Source of the DNA: Eledone cirrhosa
Taxonomy: Eukaryota
DNA length: 64,000 nucleotides
Assembly (NCBI GenBank): GCA_964016885.1
Contig: OZ024742.1
Location: forward strand, 329,468,001-329,532,000
Direction of reading: 5' to 3'
Every line of letters begins with the position of its first letter. Positions within the stretch are counted from its first letter, which is position 1. Shown here piece after piece: positions 41,375 through 56,343 of this stretch. The position numbers and the translations under genes were made by a program. The notes under the pieces are model-generated. The model searched no databases, was not told the DNA's origin, and saw nothing but the letters and a program-made list of their open reading frames with translations.

Positions 41375-43285
41375 GTCTATATATATATGATATCATATGA
41401 TATCATATATTATGGGTTAAACCTTCGACAGATTGGTGTATCGTCATGTATCTAATTTACGGAACGTAAATAGAGAGACAGACAAGAAATAGTCTGTGAA
41501 CTCCCTATGTATATAAAGGGCAAAGAGAATCTGAGCTTATGAGGTAAATATAATCAAGCCCGCGTACTGTGCTACATAGTTTTGTATGGTATGATAGAAA
41601 ACGGAGGTCTACACGATATATGTAGATGAAGTTGCGTAATTGCAAGAGACATGCAAATATATTTGGTACTATTAAATTTCTGAAAATTTTAGCAGCGGAA
41701 CACATTGACATTTATCAACTGCTTAACATACATATATATATATACACGTGTTCTCACACATGCACATTCATTAATACTTTTATTCGCTTTTAATGTAAAG
41801 TGCCAAACGATATCAGATCTTACTCATTTTGAAATATAGTGAGTAGTAACGGAGTAAATGATGCATGTCAAATTTACTGCTAACCCCGAAACATTCTCCT
41901 TTATCATTTTGGATTGGATAAATAATGTAAACTAGTTAAATTATAATATTTTGCTTCATGATAGATATCTATGGAATTTATTCCATGATATACATTTAAA
42001 TATGAGAGAAAATGGACACAAAAAGAAAATGAGATATCTTATGAATTCAATGCAAAATGAAGCACAATAACTTAGTAGACAGTGATAAAATGAATAGCCA
42101 ATGCTTATAAATGTGAAATATATAAAAATCAGTTCCAGCGATTGATTATTGAATGGAAACAATTCTAGATATATAAGAAGTGAAATTAGGAGATATAAAC
42201 ATAATGTGTTGTAATTTAGTGGTAATGGAAATGTCGATCATATCGACATAGTATTGTATTGGAAATGAAATGTATCGACCTGCGTAGAGAGAAACGCAAA
42301 GTTGACATGGTCGAGATTTGAATTCAGAAGGTGAAAATTGCCGTACATCTTTTACTTTAACGCTCTAAAGATCTCCCTAAGCCATCTCCCTAGAAAACAA
42401 ACCAGAATAAGAAACGCATTTGTTCGAGAATCAATATATCGTGAGATACGAATGAATAAATCATTAAATGATGACCTATCTATAAGCTGTCAATCCAACT
42501 ATGAAATAGGCCCACAATTGCTTTCGGTTAGCTTTTAATGAATATTTGTCAGATCGTAATCATTGTCATTTAACGAACTTTCTAAGAGTTCAAGCAATTG
42601 GGCAAAGTTAAAAGTGTCTTTCTTCAGTCCTTTCAACCTGATCCACGACAGATCTTTCGCTACAACCAGCAAACAGGCAAACTGTAGATATGGCCAGCAT
42701 GGTAGGTAGTAAGTAGCCACGAAAGTACAAGTTTACAGTTTATAGCGGAGGCTCGTTTCAATAGCTTACATACTAATTACTTCGACAATAAGTTAGAAGG
42801 TTCTAGTAATTTCTAAGATGTAGCAAACCCGATCATTTTTTCTTATTGAGATTGTATCATGTTAGTGAATCAAAATATCTCTATAGATATTTCTAGAATA
42901 GTTTATATCCAATGTTCTATTGTTAGATCTAATAATGATATATTTCATATTCAATACATTGAATAGTCATTCCACCATAGTAAACAAATATATTGTTCTT
43001 GATGCATTGCATTCCTGCAGAATCTCGTTTTATCGCATTTTCAATTTTCTTATCTTTAAACACAGATCACGGAAGAAGTCCACAAATATCTGCCACGAAG
43101 CAAACATATCATCATTTTTTTTATTTTACATTATGTATCCAATAAAAATGATTAAAATAAACTGTAGAGATTAGTATTATATTTGGTATGTATTATTTTG
43201 TCTTATCCCTATATTCCAAAAGGTGGGTGGTCAGATACACTAAAACAAAGCAAAGTATTGACTGTGCGTGTGTGTGTGGGGGGTT

Positions 43286-43478
<193 letters not shown>

Positions 43479-43879
43479 ATGTGTATGTGAACATATATAT
43501 AGTTGTGTATAGCAGTTTATATATATGTACGTGCTTGCCAGTTTAAATTTTGAGAAATTTAATATCACGAAAGATTTTAGCATGTCTCTAGCAATTATAT
43601 AACTTCATCTACATATATTATGTATGCCTCCGTTGTCCATAATACATATCAAATATATGTAGCACATAACACTTACTAAATCCTGCATGTCTCATGAAAC
43701 CAAACTCTATTGATTTAATTCTAGATTGTTCTTTTAAATATTTTGGCAATCAATCAACCAATCAATCAACCAATAAATCAATCTATCTATTTATCTATCA
43801 ATCTATCTATCCATCTAATTCATCTATCTATCTATCTATCTATCTCTCTCTCTATATCTCTAACTATCTATCTATCTCT

Positions 43880-46800
43880 CTTTCTGCCTGACGCGTGGAA
43901 CATCGCCGGTAAGATTTTTGTAAATTTATATACGAAAAACAACACAACAAAAACACAAATAACAATACGCATATATCAACACAAACAACAAGAGTTTGAT
44001 GGAGGTCATCTCCCAAAACCCCAAGTTGGAGACGGAGGGCAAAACTTTCGTCAAGGCAGAATCGTCTCCACACCTTAAACTTATAAGTGTTTCTATGGAA
44101 ACCTATAATGTCCTGAAAAATAAATTTTCACAGGACGTGGGCAACCCCTGCCAGAAACCCATCAACCGCGTCCTGTTCAAATGTTTCCCCACCCTACCCA
44201 ACACCCCATACAGCACCCAAATGGAGATTGAACAACCCGATCTCCAGGAAACGAAAAGGTAAGTGCATCTTTCGTCCTTTTTCTCCAACTCTTCTTCACC
44301 AACATGGCTAGTTTACGAGTTGGAAGCGTGAATGTACATGACCTAGGGTTGCCCTGGAAACAGGGCAAACTTTTAAAAGACCTTTGGTCAGACGGTATGG
44401 ATGTCATAGCCATCAATGTGTCCAGGATCCATAACAGGCAGTAACTAACCCCCATCTTCGATGACTTTGAGATCTAGCATCTCTCTGTCAGCGAGGAGGT
44501 GGAGGTGGAGTGGCTGTCATGTTTCGGAAGAACCTGGACATCAAAGTACAGCAAGTACACTTGGACCCGGAGGGTAGACTGGTAGTCCTAGACGTGAACT
44601 GTATTGGAGGTGGAGCCTTTAGACTGGTGGCCGTTTATGCGCCGACCGAGCAATCGCAATCACGGTCAGACTTCTTTAAGCGTCTAGAGACTTTTCAGGG
44701 AACGTCTCGCTCCTTACTTTTAGTGGGGGACTGGAATGGTATCCTAGATGCACGATGGGACTATGTGGGAACATGTCCCAGTAGAGGGGGGTGCAACAGC
44801 CTCAAAACTTTAATCGGCCAATTCCATCTGGCCGACAGGTATCGACTGGATTTTCTGACTGCACAACAGTGGATGTGGGCAAACCGCAACGGGACATCTA
44901 GATCGTATTTAGATAGGTTCTTCATTAGAGAAAGGGACAAGATGTTAAGCTGTCCACGAATGCAGATGGTTGCCTATTCAGATCACAAATTAGTCGTCTG
45001 CTTAGTCAACCGTTATATAACACATAAAGAAGGACCCGGATACTGGAAGCTGAACGTGTCGTTGCCGGCACCTAAAACTTACAGTGAACGGATAAGTAGA
45101 CTAGTCAAGCAACAGTTAACGGGAGACATCGTCAACAATAGATGGTGGTACTCTCTCGAGAAAGCAATTACAATAGAATCGATAGGGATTAGCAGAGAGT
45201 TAGCCTTAGAGAGAAACAAACTAGAAAGAGAACTAGTAGCCAAGTTACAGGAGGCACTTAGAAGTGGTGACGCGACTAGAGTGTTAGCGTTGAGAACGGC
45301 ACTGGACCAGTTCGTCGATGTGAAACACGAAGGCTGCTCTAGGAAACGAAAGAGCGAAAGCTGTCAGCTGGGCCCGAGTGGCGGAGGCAAAATGTAGCAA
45401 CAAGTCCACGATTTGGTCTTTGAAAGACCAAAACGGACGCGTGCTACTTGACCCCAAGCAAATGTGCGGGGCCTTTCACCAGCACTTTGCGCGACTGTTT
45501 GAGCAGAACGACGGTGAGCTGACCGGGGCAATGGACTTTAGTTCATACCTCGACGGCCTGCCGCGCCTCTCGAACACGGACGCCGAGTTCTGCGAAAGTC
45601 TGATCACGGATACTGAAATACGGGACGCTCTGGGCCGCTGCGGGAAACGCAAGTCACCCAGTCTAGATGGTCTACCCTATGAGTTTTACATAGGCATGCC
45701 GGACTTGTTCTCTGGCGTCCTCGAAGCCGTCTACTGCAATTGGCAGCAGAACGGGAGAATTCCCAGTTCTGCAGGCAAGGGCGTAGTGACGCTGATCAGG
45801 AAAGACGAGAACAAGGGGGACAAAATTAACAACTTCAGGCCTATAACTCTGCCCAACACAGAGTTAAAGATTTTGGCCAAGGTGCTAGCGACGAGGTTGG
45901 CGCTTGTCGTCGAGAACGTGGTAGGGAAAGGGCAAACGTGGGCAATCCCGACCAGGTCCATACACGGCAATCTCCACCTCGTGCGATACATCATCGAGGG
46001 GGTGGGTAGTAAACCCGGCTTCGGTGGGGCTCTGATCAATTTGGATCAGTCTAAGGCATTCGATAGGGTAGACCATCGATACGTGGAAGCGGTTCTCAAG
46101 GCGGCCGGTTTCGGTCCCGTGTTCAGAGGCTGGATCGAGGCGATGCGCACCAGCATCTGCTCGAGGATCAAGGTGAACGGCTACCTATCGGAGCCGTTCG
46201 TAATCATGCGTTCCATACGACAGGGGTGCCCTCTCTCCTCCATTCTGTACGTATTGACTCTAGAGCCACTGCTGCGGAAATTGGAGCTGTTGCAGGGCAA
46301 CCCTCTAGAACCGGGACTGCGCAAAGCGGCGGCGTCTTATGCCGACGACTTTACGGTAATGGTGTCGAGAACCTCGCAAATCGGGGTAATTGGCAACTTA
46401 CTGAAAGAATACGAAACGCTGACGGGAGCAAAACTAAACCTGGACAAGTTTGTCGGTTTGCAACACGGTACGTGGAGATGCAAACCGATGACGCCCGACA
46501 GCGTCGTAGGACGCTGGACGGACGGACCGGTGAAATTTCTCGGTGTCTGGTTCGGTCCAGACCTCCAGGTCGAGAAAGACTGGAACGAGGTCACGGCCAA
46601 GGTGTTTGCACTCACCCAGAAGTGGGTAGCGTGCAAACTGTCCTTAAAAGGTCGAGCGGTGTGGCGAACACTTTCATAGAGTCCGTCATCTACTACCGCT
46701 TGACTGTCGTGACTAGTCGCTGTGAACACCTCGCCAAGATGGAACGCATGCTCTTCCAGTTTATGTGGAAGAAGCAGGGTCCGCTGGTGAGGAGATCCGT

Positions 46801-47947
46801 CTGCTGTCAGCACCCTTCCAGCGGAGGGCTGGGAATGCCATGGTGTTGATGCGCAAACATGCGCTGAGGCTGCGGCATCTCCAGGTATTCCTCACCGACT
46901 CCCAACCGGTGTGGGCACCGTTTGTGAGACAGGCTTTCGCACAGCTCGTCTCGCTGACGGAGCTACAGTCCTGGGTCAAGAAAAGACTGAAAACGATACA
47001 TTGAATGCGCTCAGGGGCTCACAGTCCTCTGGAAAGCGGGCGTTGCAATCAGTGGAGATTCCACTTCGACATTCTATAGAGGGATTGTACGTTACAAGGG
47101 CGACGACGTGCTTGGAGAGACTCTGGGTGTCGAAGACGATGAGCTCACCAGTCTGTTTGGTAGGACTTTCCGCCCGGGACCTATGGACAACTTCCAGATG
47201 TCCCTGGCCTCGCAGTGCTACCGAGGAGTTCTACCGGTTCGTAACAAGATTTACAGGCACGGACGCCGCGGAAGTGATCCTTCCAAGAGGACGTGTCGAA
47301 GATGCACGTAGGACATTGAAACAGTCCTGCACGGAATTGTACACTGCCTGGGCGTAACCGACCTGTGGAACTATGCAGAACAACTGCTGTCGCGTTTACG
47401 AGAAATTCAGTTGACTGCCGTGTCTATAGTAAGGATCAAACCGCCAGCCTCTTTCAAAAACATAAGAGAGGCGGTTTTCCTCTGTACGGTGGCTATGGTG
47501 AAAGAAGTTATATGGTGGATGAGATTGAGAGGACTAAGGACAGATGCCTTTCTCTCCGGACAACAATTGATTCCCATCTTTAAGTATCACTTTTAGAAGG
47601 CGAATCAGAGTGGAGAGAGAGGCACTGCACCGCAGTAAATTTACTGATATGTGGGTGAATGAAGCGAGAAGGGCCCAAGTGATTGGGCTTTCTCTGTTTA
47701 TAAGCCTATAGGTTGAAGAAGAGAGCAAAAGGAAGAAAGGAGCACTTGCAGAACACGCTCCTGCAGTTGAGGGTTGTTCTATCGACGGGGTATTAAACAG
47801 CCAAATTTGTGGCGCTTTCCCCCTATTGGGGATTTCGATTGTTGTAATTGTTTGTTTTTATATTTTTAACACGACTGTATGTAAAATCCCCGGCATGTAT
47901 TTCTATTGTCCCCTTTTCTTGTGCGCCCTTGTGGCAAATAAAGAAAT
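43880..47947 (+). mobile_element. Tx1-clade (L1 superfamily) LINE, near full length, ORF1 largely missing
   Basis: ORF2 motifs listed in the next feature; AATAAA at 47936; (TCTA)n on both sides. Confidence 0.92.
44304..47711 (+). pseudogene. Disrupted LINE ORF2: APE endonuclease, reverse transcriptase, C-terminal Cys region
   Basis: MASLRVGSVNV; VYAP; GDWN; SYLDRF; SDH; GPGYWKLN; KSPSLDGL; NFRPITL; LDQSKAFDRV; RQGCPLS; YADD; GGLGMP; CRRC; several stops and frameshifts. Confidence 0.93.
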
Positions 47948-48479
47948 GTATCTATCTATATATCTAAGCTATCGACCTTCTAAAAAAAGATTTCGCTGGC
48001 TTAATTTCACAGTTGCATTGAATGCATATCAATACGACTTTATATATTGATTTAATTATAAGTACCTTCCACTGTGTGGACACCCTGGTTAATCCTTCTT
48101 CTTGAGCATGTATTGTGAGTCAGTCTCTTATCTTCCCTACTGTTATATCTAAAATTGGTTGCTTTGAATGTTCGATAGTTCGATCGCTGGAAAGGTATGC
48201 ATAATTTCCATTTAATGTTCTATTGCATTCTTAACGTATTTTTTGTTCTTTTATTCTTTACACCAATTTTCAGTTATTAAATTACTGACGCAAATCCTTC
48301 AACGGTTATCGTAGTTAATAGTTCGGTACTTATCTTATAGAATTCTATTTTTCAATCTTCTAAGCAACGCGGCATAATCAAACAGCAAAACGTTACATAG
48401 ACAGATAAACACGCACAGACACACACACACACACACAAAGGGTCACACACGCACAAGTGTTTTTATTTATTCATTTATA

Positions 48480-49099
48480 TGTATAAAGACTGCGGTACCG
48501 AGAATGGACAGATCACACATCCAAAGTAGTACTCATAGGAAGGAGCAGAGTGACTATAATGGAAAGTATAAACCCAACCCTGAAGTATACATATATATAC
48601 ATTTTTTCGCGCCATTCTTGGCCTGACTAGCTTGACATTAGTGCGGACTTTTCTTCCTCTTTCTTTCTGTCTTTCTTCTTGTAGCTCGACATTAACGCTG
48701 AATTTTCTTCTTCCTTTTGGTCCCCCTTCTTTCTGTCTTTTTTCGTGTAGCATGATATTAACGCTGACTTATCTTCTTCTCCCTTTCTGTGTTTCTTCTA
48801 TTTGACTGGGAGGGTAGTAGCACACTATAAGCTTTACCCTCCTCACCAGATAGCCTCAAGTAGACCGAATAGCCAGCAATTGAGGGCGACCCGCTAAAGT
48901 GGAAGATGCAAGATCATCGGTCGTCCTCCGGTCTTTGATGTTCAGCCCCATGGATTTTATCTATTACATTCATTTATTATATTTCGAATACCTGATGATA
49001 TCTCCGGATTCATACGGAAACCGGTCATTGAAATGATCATAGTATAATATACCTTTCAAGAATTTACACAAGTCCAGGCTTCTGTCATTTTATTATAGT

Positions 49100-49102
<3 letters not shown>
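48480..49102 (+). mobile_element. Probable PLE 3' remnant
   Basis: IMESINPTLK resembles a GIY-YIG tail; HHR motif near the end; terminates in (TA)n. Confidence 0.5.
48981..49034 (+). ncRNA. Minimal hammerhead motif
   Basis: CTGATGA 48992-48998 ... GAAA-ccgg-TC; palindromic stem III ACCGGT; stems I and II imperfect. Confidence 0.6.
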
Positions 49103-49193
<91 letters not shown>

Positions 49194-49195
<2 letters not shown>

Positions 49196-49339
49196 CGAAG
49201 GAAATATGGTAAGGAACAAGGTGGACCATAACGCACCAAAGTACTCAATACTTAGGGTAGTAGAGTGGGTAATAGGAACGAGTAGTCCAGAATTAGCCGT
49301 CGAAACGGCTTGAGCTCAGCCGTCGGGGTCCTACTCGTT

Positions 49340-49343
<4 letters not shown>
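49194..49343 (-). mobile_element. Fold-back family F, copy 2
   Basis: ggtaaggaac..ggaccataacgcacc..tactcaatacttagggtagtagagtggg; local inverted repeat ataggaacgagtag/ctactcgttcctat; sits inside (TA)n. Confidence 0.82.
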
Positions 49344-49377
<34 letters not shown>

Positions 49378-49380
<3 letters not shown>

Positions 49381-49747
49381 GTAAACGGAATAGAAAATGC
49401 TGACAAATTGTTCACAGTTGAAAAATGGTTTAATTAGGAATAAAAGAATATTAGTGATTGTATGGGTTAGTATTCAGTTGTGGTTTTAAGTTTTTAAGTT
49501 TTTACCGGTTGCGCATTTCTAAATGCTTTTCAAAAATAATTTTGAGACAGAGTGTCCGTGCTGTCACGGACACTCTGTCTCAAAATTATTTTTGAAAAGC
49601 ATTTAGAAATGCGCAACCGGTAAAAACTTAAAAACTTAAAACCACAACTGAATACTAACCCATACAATCACTAATATTCTTTTATTCCTAATTAAACCAT
49701 TTTTCAACTGTGAACAATTTGTCAGCATTTTCTATTCCGTTTACCAA
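49378..49747. repeat. Perfect palindrome: 183-bp arms, 4-nt spacer (ctgt)
   Basis: 49378-49560 is the reverse complement of 49565-49747; starts immediately after a (TA)n tract. Confidence 0.95.
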
Positions 49748-49782
49748 TATATAATAACTTGTGTGTTACACCTCTATTCTTT

Positions 49783-49849
<67 letters not shown>

Positions 49850-49851
<2 letters not shown>

Positions 49852-50945
49852 TTCACATGAATCAAAGTTCTGTTCAAACCATTTATTAGCTTACAATTGT
49901 TTCATCCAAACCGAGGTTTGACGTCTTCGGAGCAATTTTTCAATGTTTGTTTACATACATGACCTCCTTTCCCACACAAGAGACATACATATACATTATA
50001 ATATTTTTGTATGGCAATTTAAATTCAAAAATTGAAATCATATTAAAACAGGATCAAAGCAAAATTAAAGTTAAAATACAACATCGGCAGTTTACGTAGA
50101 TAATGCAAGAGGATAGTTTGTTAGTCAGTTGAAGTAGTTATTGCATGCAATAGTTACACGTGGGGCATGCACGTGTGTCTTATTCATATATGATTATTGT
50201 GCGGCAAGGTGTTATATGCAATACAAGCACTTTAAGCGGGAAATCAAGAGTATTATGGAGGTTGTAGTGGTAAATTATTTTTTGTGTATGATAAAGAAGC
50301 TTGTGTGCAGAGAAATATTATAAATGAGAAGCAAAATAATGTTATGGTTTTTGTATACACCACCATTTTCACAATTCAGGAAACGTAATATATAGTTTAT
50401 ATGTCCTTCACATAACTAACGATGATTCAGTATTGGATGTTTAATGTATTAAGTTAAATTATTACAGCTTTTTGCGGCTCAGTGTACTTAATCCAATTTT
50501 ATAGAGCAGGTTGTTTTTGTTGAGAGAATTTACATCGTTTTATTTTCCGGAAGTATGTGTGTGATTAAGGGGAGTTAATGCGTGAGGGGAGGTAACTAGG
50601 TGATTTCTATAACTAAATTTATTATTCCAATGTACATTAAAAGGTGTATCAATTGAGTCCCTTATATATATGGTTATATACAGTTTCCAAATTTAAGTAT
50701 CCTATCTTTAAATTACAGTCTACTCTATCAAGAAGTACTAAAGGTATCTATATGAGGATGATTACTCCCCATCATAGAGTGCTACAACTGAATATTCCAT
50801 ACGAAGAGTCAGATCTCCATATCAATGTTCTTTGCAAATGTAGACTACTCACAGAACCTGACAGGGTCTTATTAGAACCACGTCTATATATAATCCCTGG
50901 TAAGCTCTGGGTCAGCGTATGGCTGATTGCATGGCAAAGTTAAAT
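49850..50945 (-). mobile_element. 3' UTR/pLTR of the same PLE family as 28560-30600
   Basis: Shared blocks gacccaga..ttaccag, gcattaactcccctta..cacacaca.acttccgg, aaaggaggtcat and the HHR. Confidence 0.82.
49888..49935 (-). ncRNA. Hammerhead motif, variant core CCGAAGA
   Basis: ttgct-CCGAAGA-cgtcaaacc-tc-ggtttggat-GAAA-caattg-TA-agc. Confidence 0.68.
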
Positions 50946-51116
50946 ATCTCTAGGGTATACCAAAGAGCAATTCTCACTTACAATGTCATTAATCTGTCTA
51001 TCAAGTTATACATGTATGTATAACTCACATACCATTTGTACATAATTCATTGTACTCAACATATAGGTTATATAGCTCTTTTATGTTAATAAATAAATCT
51101 TCTATTTATCTGGTCA

Positions 51117-51240
51117 GCCGCAGGTGTGAGCCCCACGAGTTGGAGTGGCTTTTCCAGCGCGTTTCCCTTGCCGTCCTTTGGGGAAACGCCTTCTCCATCT
51201 TGTCCGCCCGGGCTGTGGGGGAGGGGGAGGCATCGCGTAT
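51117..51240 (+). mobile_element. 3' fragment of the CRE-like LINE family
   Basis: ELEWLFQRVSLAVLWGNAFSILSA; similar to ~15836-15955. Confidence 0.88.
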
Positions 51241-51912
51241 CGTTCCATATTTAAGTATGGTCAATGAAAAATATGTGCCAATAGCCGGCTGTGGTTGGAT
51301 TATACGTATATATATCGTCGATATTGTTCTATTTTACTGATCAATTATTTGATCAGTAAAACATTATACAACACTTTATAGTTTTCTTCATGTAAGATGA
51401 AATGGTTGTAACATAGATATCGATTTTTACCTTGGAATTATGTAAACTTTTCATTATGCCCACTTTCAACAAACACTCATCAATCACGCAGCCATGATTG
51501 TACCTATCTGTATTTTAGAACTGTGCTTTTACCCTTTAAACTCTGATCACGCAAGAATACTCCATGGATAGATGCGACAAAACAAATTATTCTTTTTTAT
51601 TTTCTGTAAATTCCATTATTTGACCAAGTACATAGTTTAGATCTTAGTCCATTTGTCATGCATTATTTGGACTGATAAAAAGGAGGTGTTTATACTGTCA
51701 GAGAAACATTTTAAAGCATTTTTTTATTTTGTTACTGATTTTAAATCCATCTGGACTTAACTTTGCCTTTCATCTTTTCGGTGGCCTTGAACCTCATTTA
51801 AAACATATTAAATGTGGCAGGTGCGTTTCAATTCATTACACTATGGGGATCCTCTAATAGCTTTTGAAACTTTCATTGAAAATATATTTTGTTTTGTTTT
51901 ACTGCTTGAATA

Positions 51913-52152
<240 letters not shown>

Positions 52153-54451
52153 AAGCTAAGCATATGTATATGTGCCTATCAGTAGATAAATAAGTAAGTG
52201 TCACGTCATTTTAGATTTTTAGATTCTCAGAAATTCAAAATCAGGAAATATTTTTATACGTCTCTTGCAATTACACATCTTCATTTATATGAATATTATG
52301 TATACCTCCATTTTTCAAAATACATTTCAAATATATGCACATAACACATTAAATGGATATAAGGTCCGTTATCATGTAGCGAGTCTCACTGGTAGAAATC
52401 ACCGATCCCAAACCAAGAAAAGAACATCTTACTGATTAGCAAGAACTTAATTTGAACAGATAACAATTGAGGGAAAACAAAATTCTTTTTGTGAACGCCG
52501 ATCATAACGAATCTTTTGTTTCATATTCGAGAGACGTTACATGGAAATTATTTCACTTTTTCTCCTTTAGATATTTTGCATTACTCTCGCTATTTCTTTG
52601 CAAATATGTGCAATTGGATATTAATAAACATATAGAGTTTCAAACATTGATCAAAGTTTTTATACTTTTAAAACAAATTTTAAGAAATAATATGTTAATT
52701 AGAAAAAAAATGTAAAAACGTTATGGAAACCATGATATGAGTTAATAATTTAGATCGGCGAATTGTTGCAGGTCCATTTCCTAATTGAGGTATAGTTGGT
52801 CAGTGAATTGTTGCTTTAAGGGAATTTGTGGTGTTAGTGAATTGCTGTCGGTGAATTGCTGCTGTCATGGAAATGTTGCTCGCTACATAGCTGCCGTCTG
52901 TGAAATTTCACTCAGGAAATTTGCAGCCATCGTATCTATTCTGCCTGACAAAAAGTTGTTTATAGTCTAAACACTTTTTGATAATAGATTGCATAATGTG
53001 CGCATTGGATTATTTTATGAATTAACAGAGGCAAAATCCACAGTAAAAATATAAATATTAACCGCATAATTTTCAATACAATACACATGATGCAGCTTTT
53101 ACTCAGAGTGACCTTTTGGCTCATGAAATCATAATTGAATATGCAAAGATTGTCTCTATGAAGAGGAATCCCAAGTAATCGTATCGATGTGATCTTGACA
53201 ATATCGTCTTCCAAGCAGCTCACCTATTCAATCATTAGTTATAATAAGGAAATAGTCTAAGTCTTTAACCTCTATAGTAAAGTAACATAAAGAAAGTAAA
53301 ACTTTAAAAATCCCTAGAGTGATAATTCCTGAGGATATTTCCAGGTGAGTCTGCATATATAAAATAGCTAAAACTGTTACACAAAGATTACTATTTCTAT
53401 TCACATTAGAAATAACTGAGTTCATATGTCGTCCATTTCATATTAGCTCCAAATAAGTTCAAACTGAAACAGTTTTTCCACAGTTGAGAGAAAGGTCCTG
53501 CTACACATGCACATATTTTAGACAGAACATCGAGGAAACGCATTGGAATGATTAAACAATATCTCCGTTACTAACGCATTGCAAAAACAGACAAAGGTCC
53601 GAAATGAAAACAAAATATATAGAATACATGGTAGAGATAAACATTATATAAAATAGACCCATCAAACATGATCATTATTACAAGTATGTATGAGTTAATC
53701 AGAACAAAACTAAACTCGGAAACAATAGCTATGCCAACGTACTTGCGTACATATGAACATTTATAAACAAGGGGCCAATACTTATTTAGCATACTGGAAA
53801 AGGAGGATCCCAAAATGAAAACAAATTAAAGAAAAAATACTGGCAAATAAAAATGTGAACGGTCTCCATACTTCCGGGTATGCAAATACGGAGACACGCC
53901 ACCACTGTTTTATGCTAGACCCAATGGATATATCTGATCTTACAACATACATACTAATACAAATGACCCGAGCATGATTCATCAAATATTTTGTCAATAC
54001 AGAATACTACTGATCACAACGGTCACTTATTCAGTGAAATCCAGAAGGCATCTCAGATGCTTCTATGTTGACCTTGATCTCATCTTTCGACTGGATCCGT
54101 AAAGTTTGATCAAAGGAACGATCTGCGAACCCTTGACTGCCATATTTTCACTTAGATATTAAAATCAAGCCCCAGCCATTCTTCGCGGTTTATCATCTAC
54201 TAACGTGGAGTTCTCTCTCTTCTTTTTTTCTGCCCCTTTGTGTTTTCTTCCGAGTCAACGCAGAATGAGCTGTGTTTTAAAGTCCGAAACCTATAACATT
54301 AATAGAAACCCAAGAAAACAGTATTAGTAAAAGAGAAGTTTAAACAAAAACAAAACAACAAATAAATAAATACAAACAGGAAACTGGATAAGTCATTTAA
54401 GAGCTTATTCCAGAATGGAATATAAACATATTTTACTGGAACAATTATATA

Positions 54452-54462
54452 ATACTACTATG

Positions 54463-54518
<56 letters not shown>

Positions 54519-54520
54519 CA

Positions 54521-54573
<53 letters not shown>
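54452..54573. repeat. (CTA)n microsatellite
   Basis: Read directly. Confidence 0.97.
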
Positions 54574-55540
54574 GTTATATATATACATGACAACAATAAT
54601 CAAATGATGTTATACTGAAAATGATGTATGTACAATATAACATCCCAGATGTCAACGAAGTATTGATGAACATTTATAAAAACCGAAATGAACAGAATTA
54701 TAGATAAAGCGGAGATCAAAGCAAGAATTGGTTTTATAATTTATGAAAGAGCTGCGTAAGCTGCCTTCATCTTGACACAAAGTATAATAAAAAAAAGCAA
54801 CATGATTTGTGAGGCATTACTAATAGCATGTGGATAAATAATGCAATACTACATGTACTGACAGTTACGAAAATACACTACTAATATCCAAAATGTTGAT
54901 CATGTCATAGCTATACCATCTAAACATGGGTGCTGAATTCCATCATACAGTCAATGTGTAGCTGTACTATATGCAATGTGTTTTGATTGTTTTAATCCGA
55001 GAGGAGCCCATACCTCTCCAGGTGCCTTAACAACCGATACCTTCCAGAAAAAGAGAAGGCAAGAAAGTGAGAACTACAGGAAGGCAGAGGGAGGTTAAGA
55101 AAGGATTGATCCTAGTAAACTCGTATTATACTTCTCATACTCGAAATGATGAAAGGCAATCAGAGGTATTTTAAACTCAGAGTACATATATTTCCGTGTA
55201 TTTTATTCGGTATTCTAATGTTCTATTCGGCGCCAATGAATAGACAACATATATAAATGTATAAAACGTAAGTAATAAATAACCGAGTGTTAGAAAGTAT
55301 TTGTAAGATCACATATAAAACAGCCTATTGTCAGATTGCACGAAAACACTACTTGTCCATCGGTCTTTTCATTGGTGAAACTATCAGTCAGGTTTAACTC
55401 TTGGCGATGTATCACTGCTATTCCGGAGTAGGAAGCGGAGTTTGTAGACAGAACGAAGAGAGCTGGAACATATATGGCCAAGCCTTCAGTAGTAAAAGGA
55501 GTAGTGTTAGTGATAGTGGTGGTGTTGATGGAAATTGTGA

Positions 55541-55576
<36 letters not shown>

Positions 55577-56206
55577 AACGAATATTAATGTTAAAATTCT
55601 TGACAGAAATTATAATAACGTTAATGGATATCAGAAAATATTGTTGAGAAGGGCGGTTGTAAGGAAATTACGTGGATTATATCCTATTGGAAATAGTAAA
55701 TTACGTTGATATATTTTAATGTAAAGAAATAGAATACTGAAAAGTAAACCGTGATCAGGGTAAATATTAATACCACCATATTCACCAACAACATCAACAA
55801 CATATTGAACAACTTTAATAATGATTAGAGGATATTATCAAATTAGTTACAATTCTTTCATAAATATGTTAATAAGAATACTAACACTATAAATAATAAC
55901 TAATAGGGTCATTATTGAAGTAGTTACTGTTTAGATGTTGCGATTAATATTGATATTATTATTATTATGGGGATAATTATTTGATGATCTATGAAATTAT
56001 TCTGCCGAAGATCATTAAGGGAACTCAGGTTTCATGAGAATTCTATGAAAGGACAGTAAATCTCTTAGACCTTGTGTCATCGACATACTCGGAAATTGTT
56101 GTCGGAGATAAATTGATATAGAGATACACATGTAATCGCAAATGCATATTTGTATGCGTGTGTGGGTATTTTTGTGTTTCTGTGTGTGAGTTTGTATCCT
56201 CCTAAA

Positions 56207-56254
<48 letters not shown>

Positions 56255-56274
56255 AAGGCGGGTAAAATTCCCGA

Positions 56275-56343
<69 letters not shown>

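Noticed and set aside
41408-41435. Minus-strand CTGTCGAaggtttaaccca, resembling the 30765 hammerhead
   Set aside because: Core mutated, no GAAA, no repeat context
42627-42700. Possible exon with AG/GT boundaries
   Set aside because: No recognisable protein similarity and no partner exons
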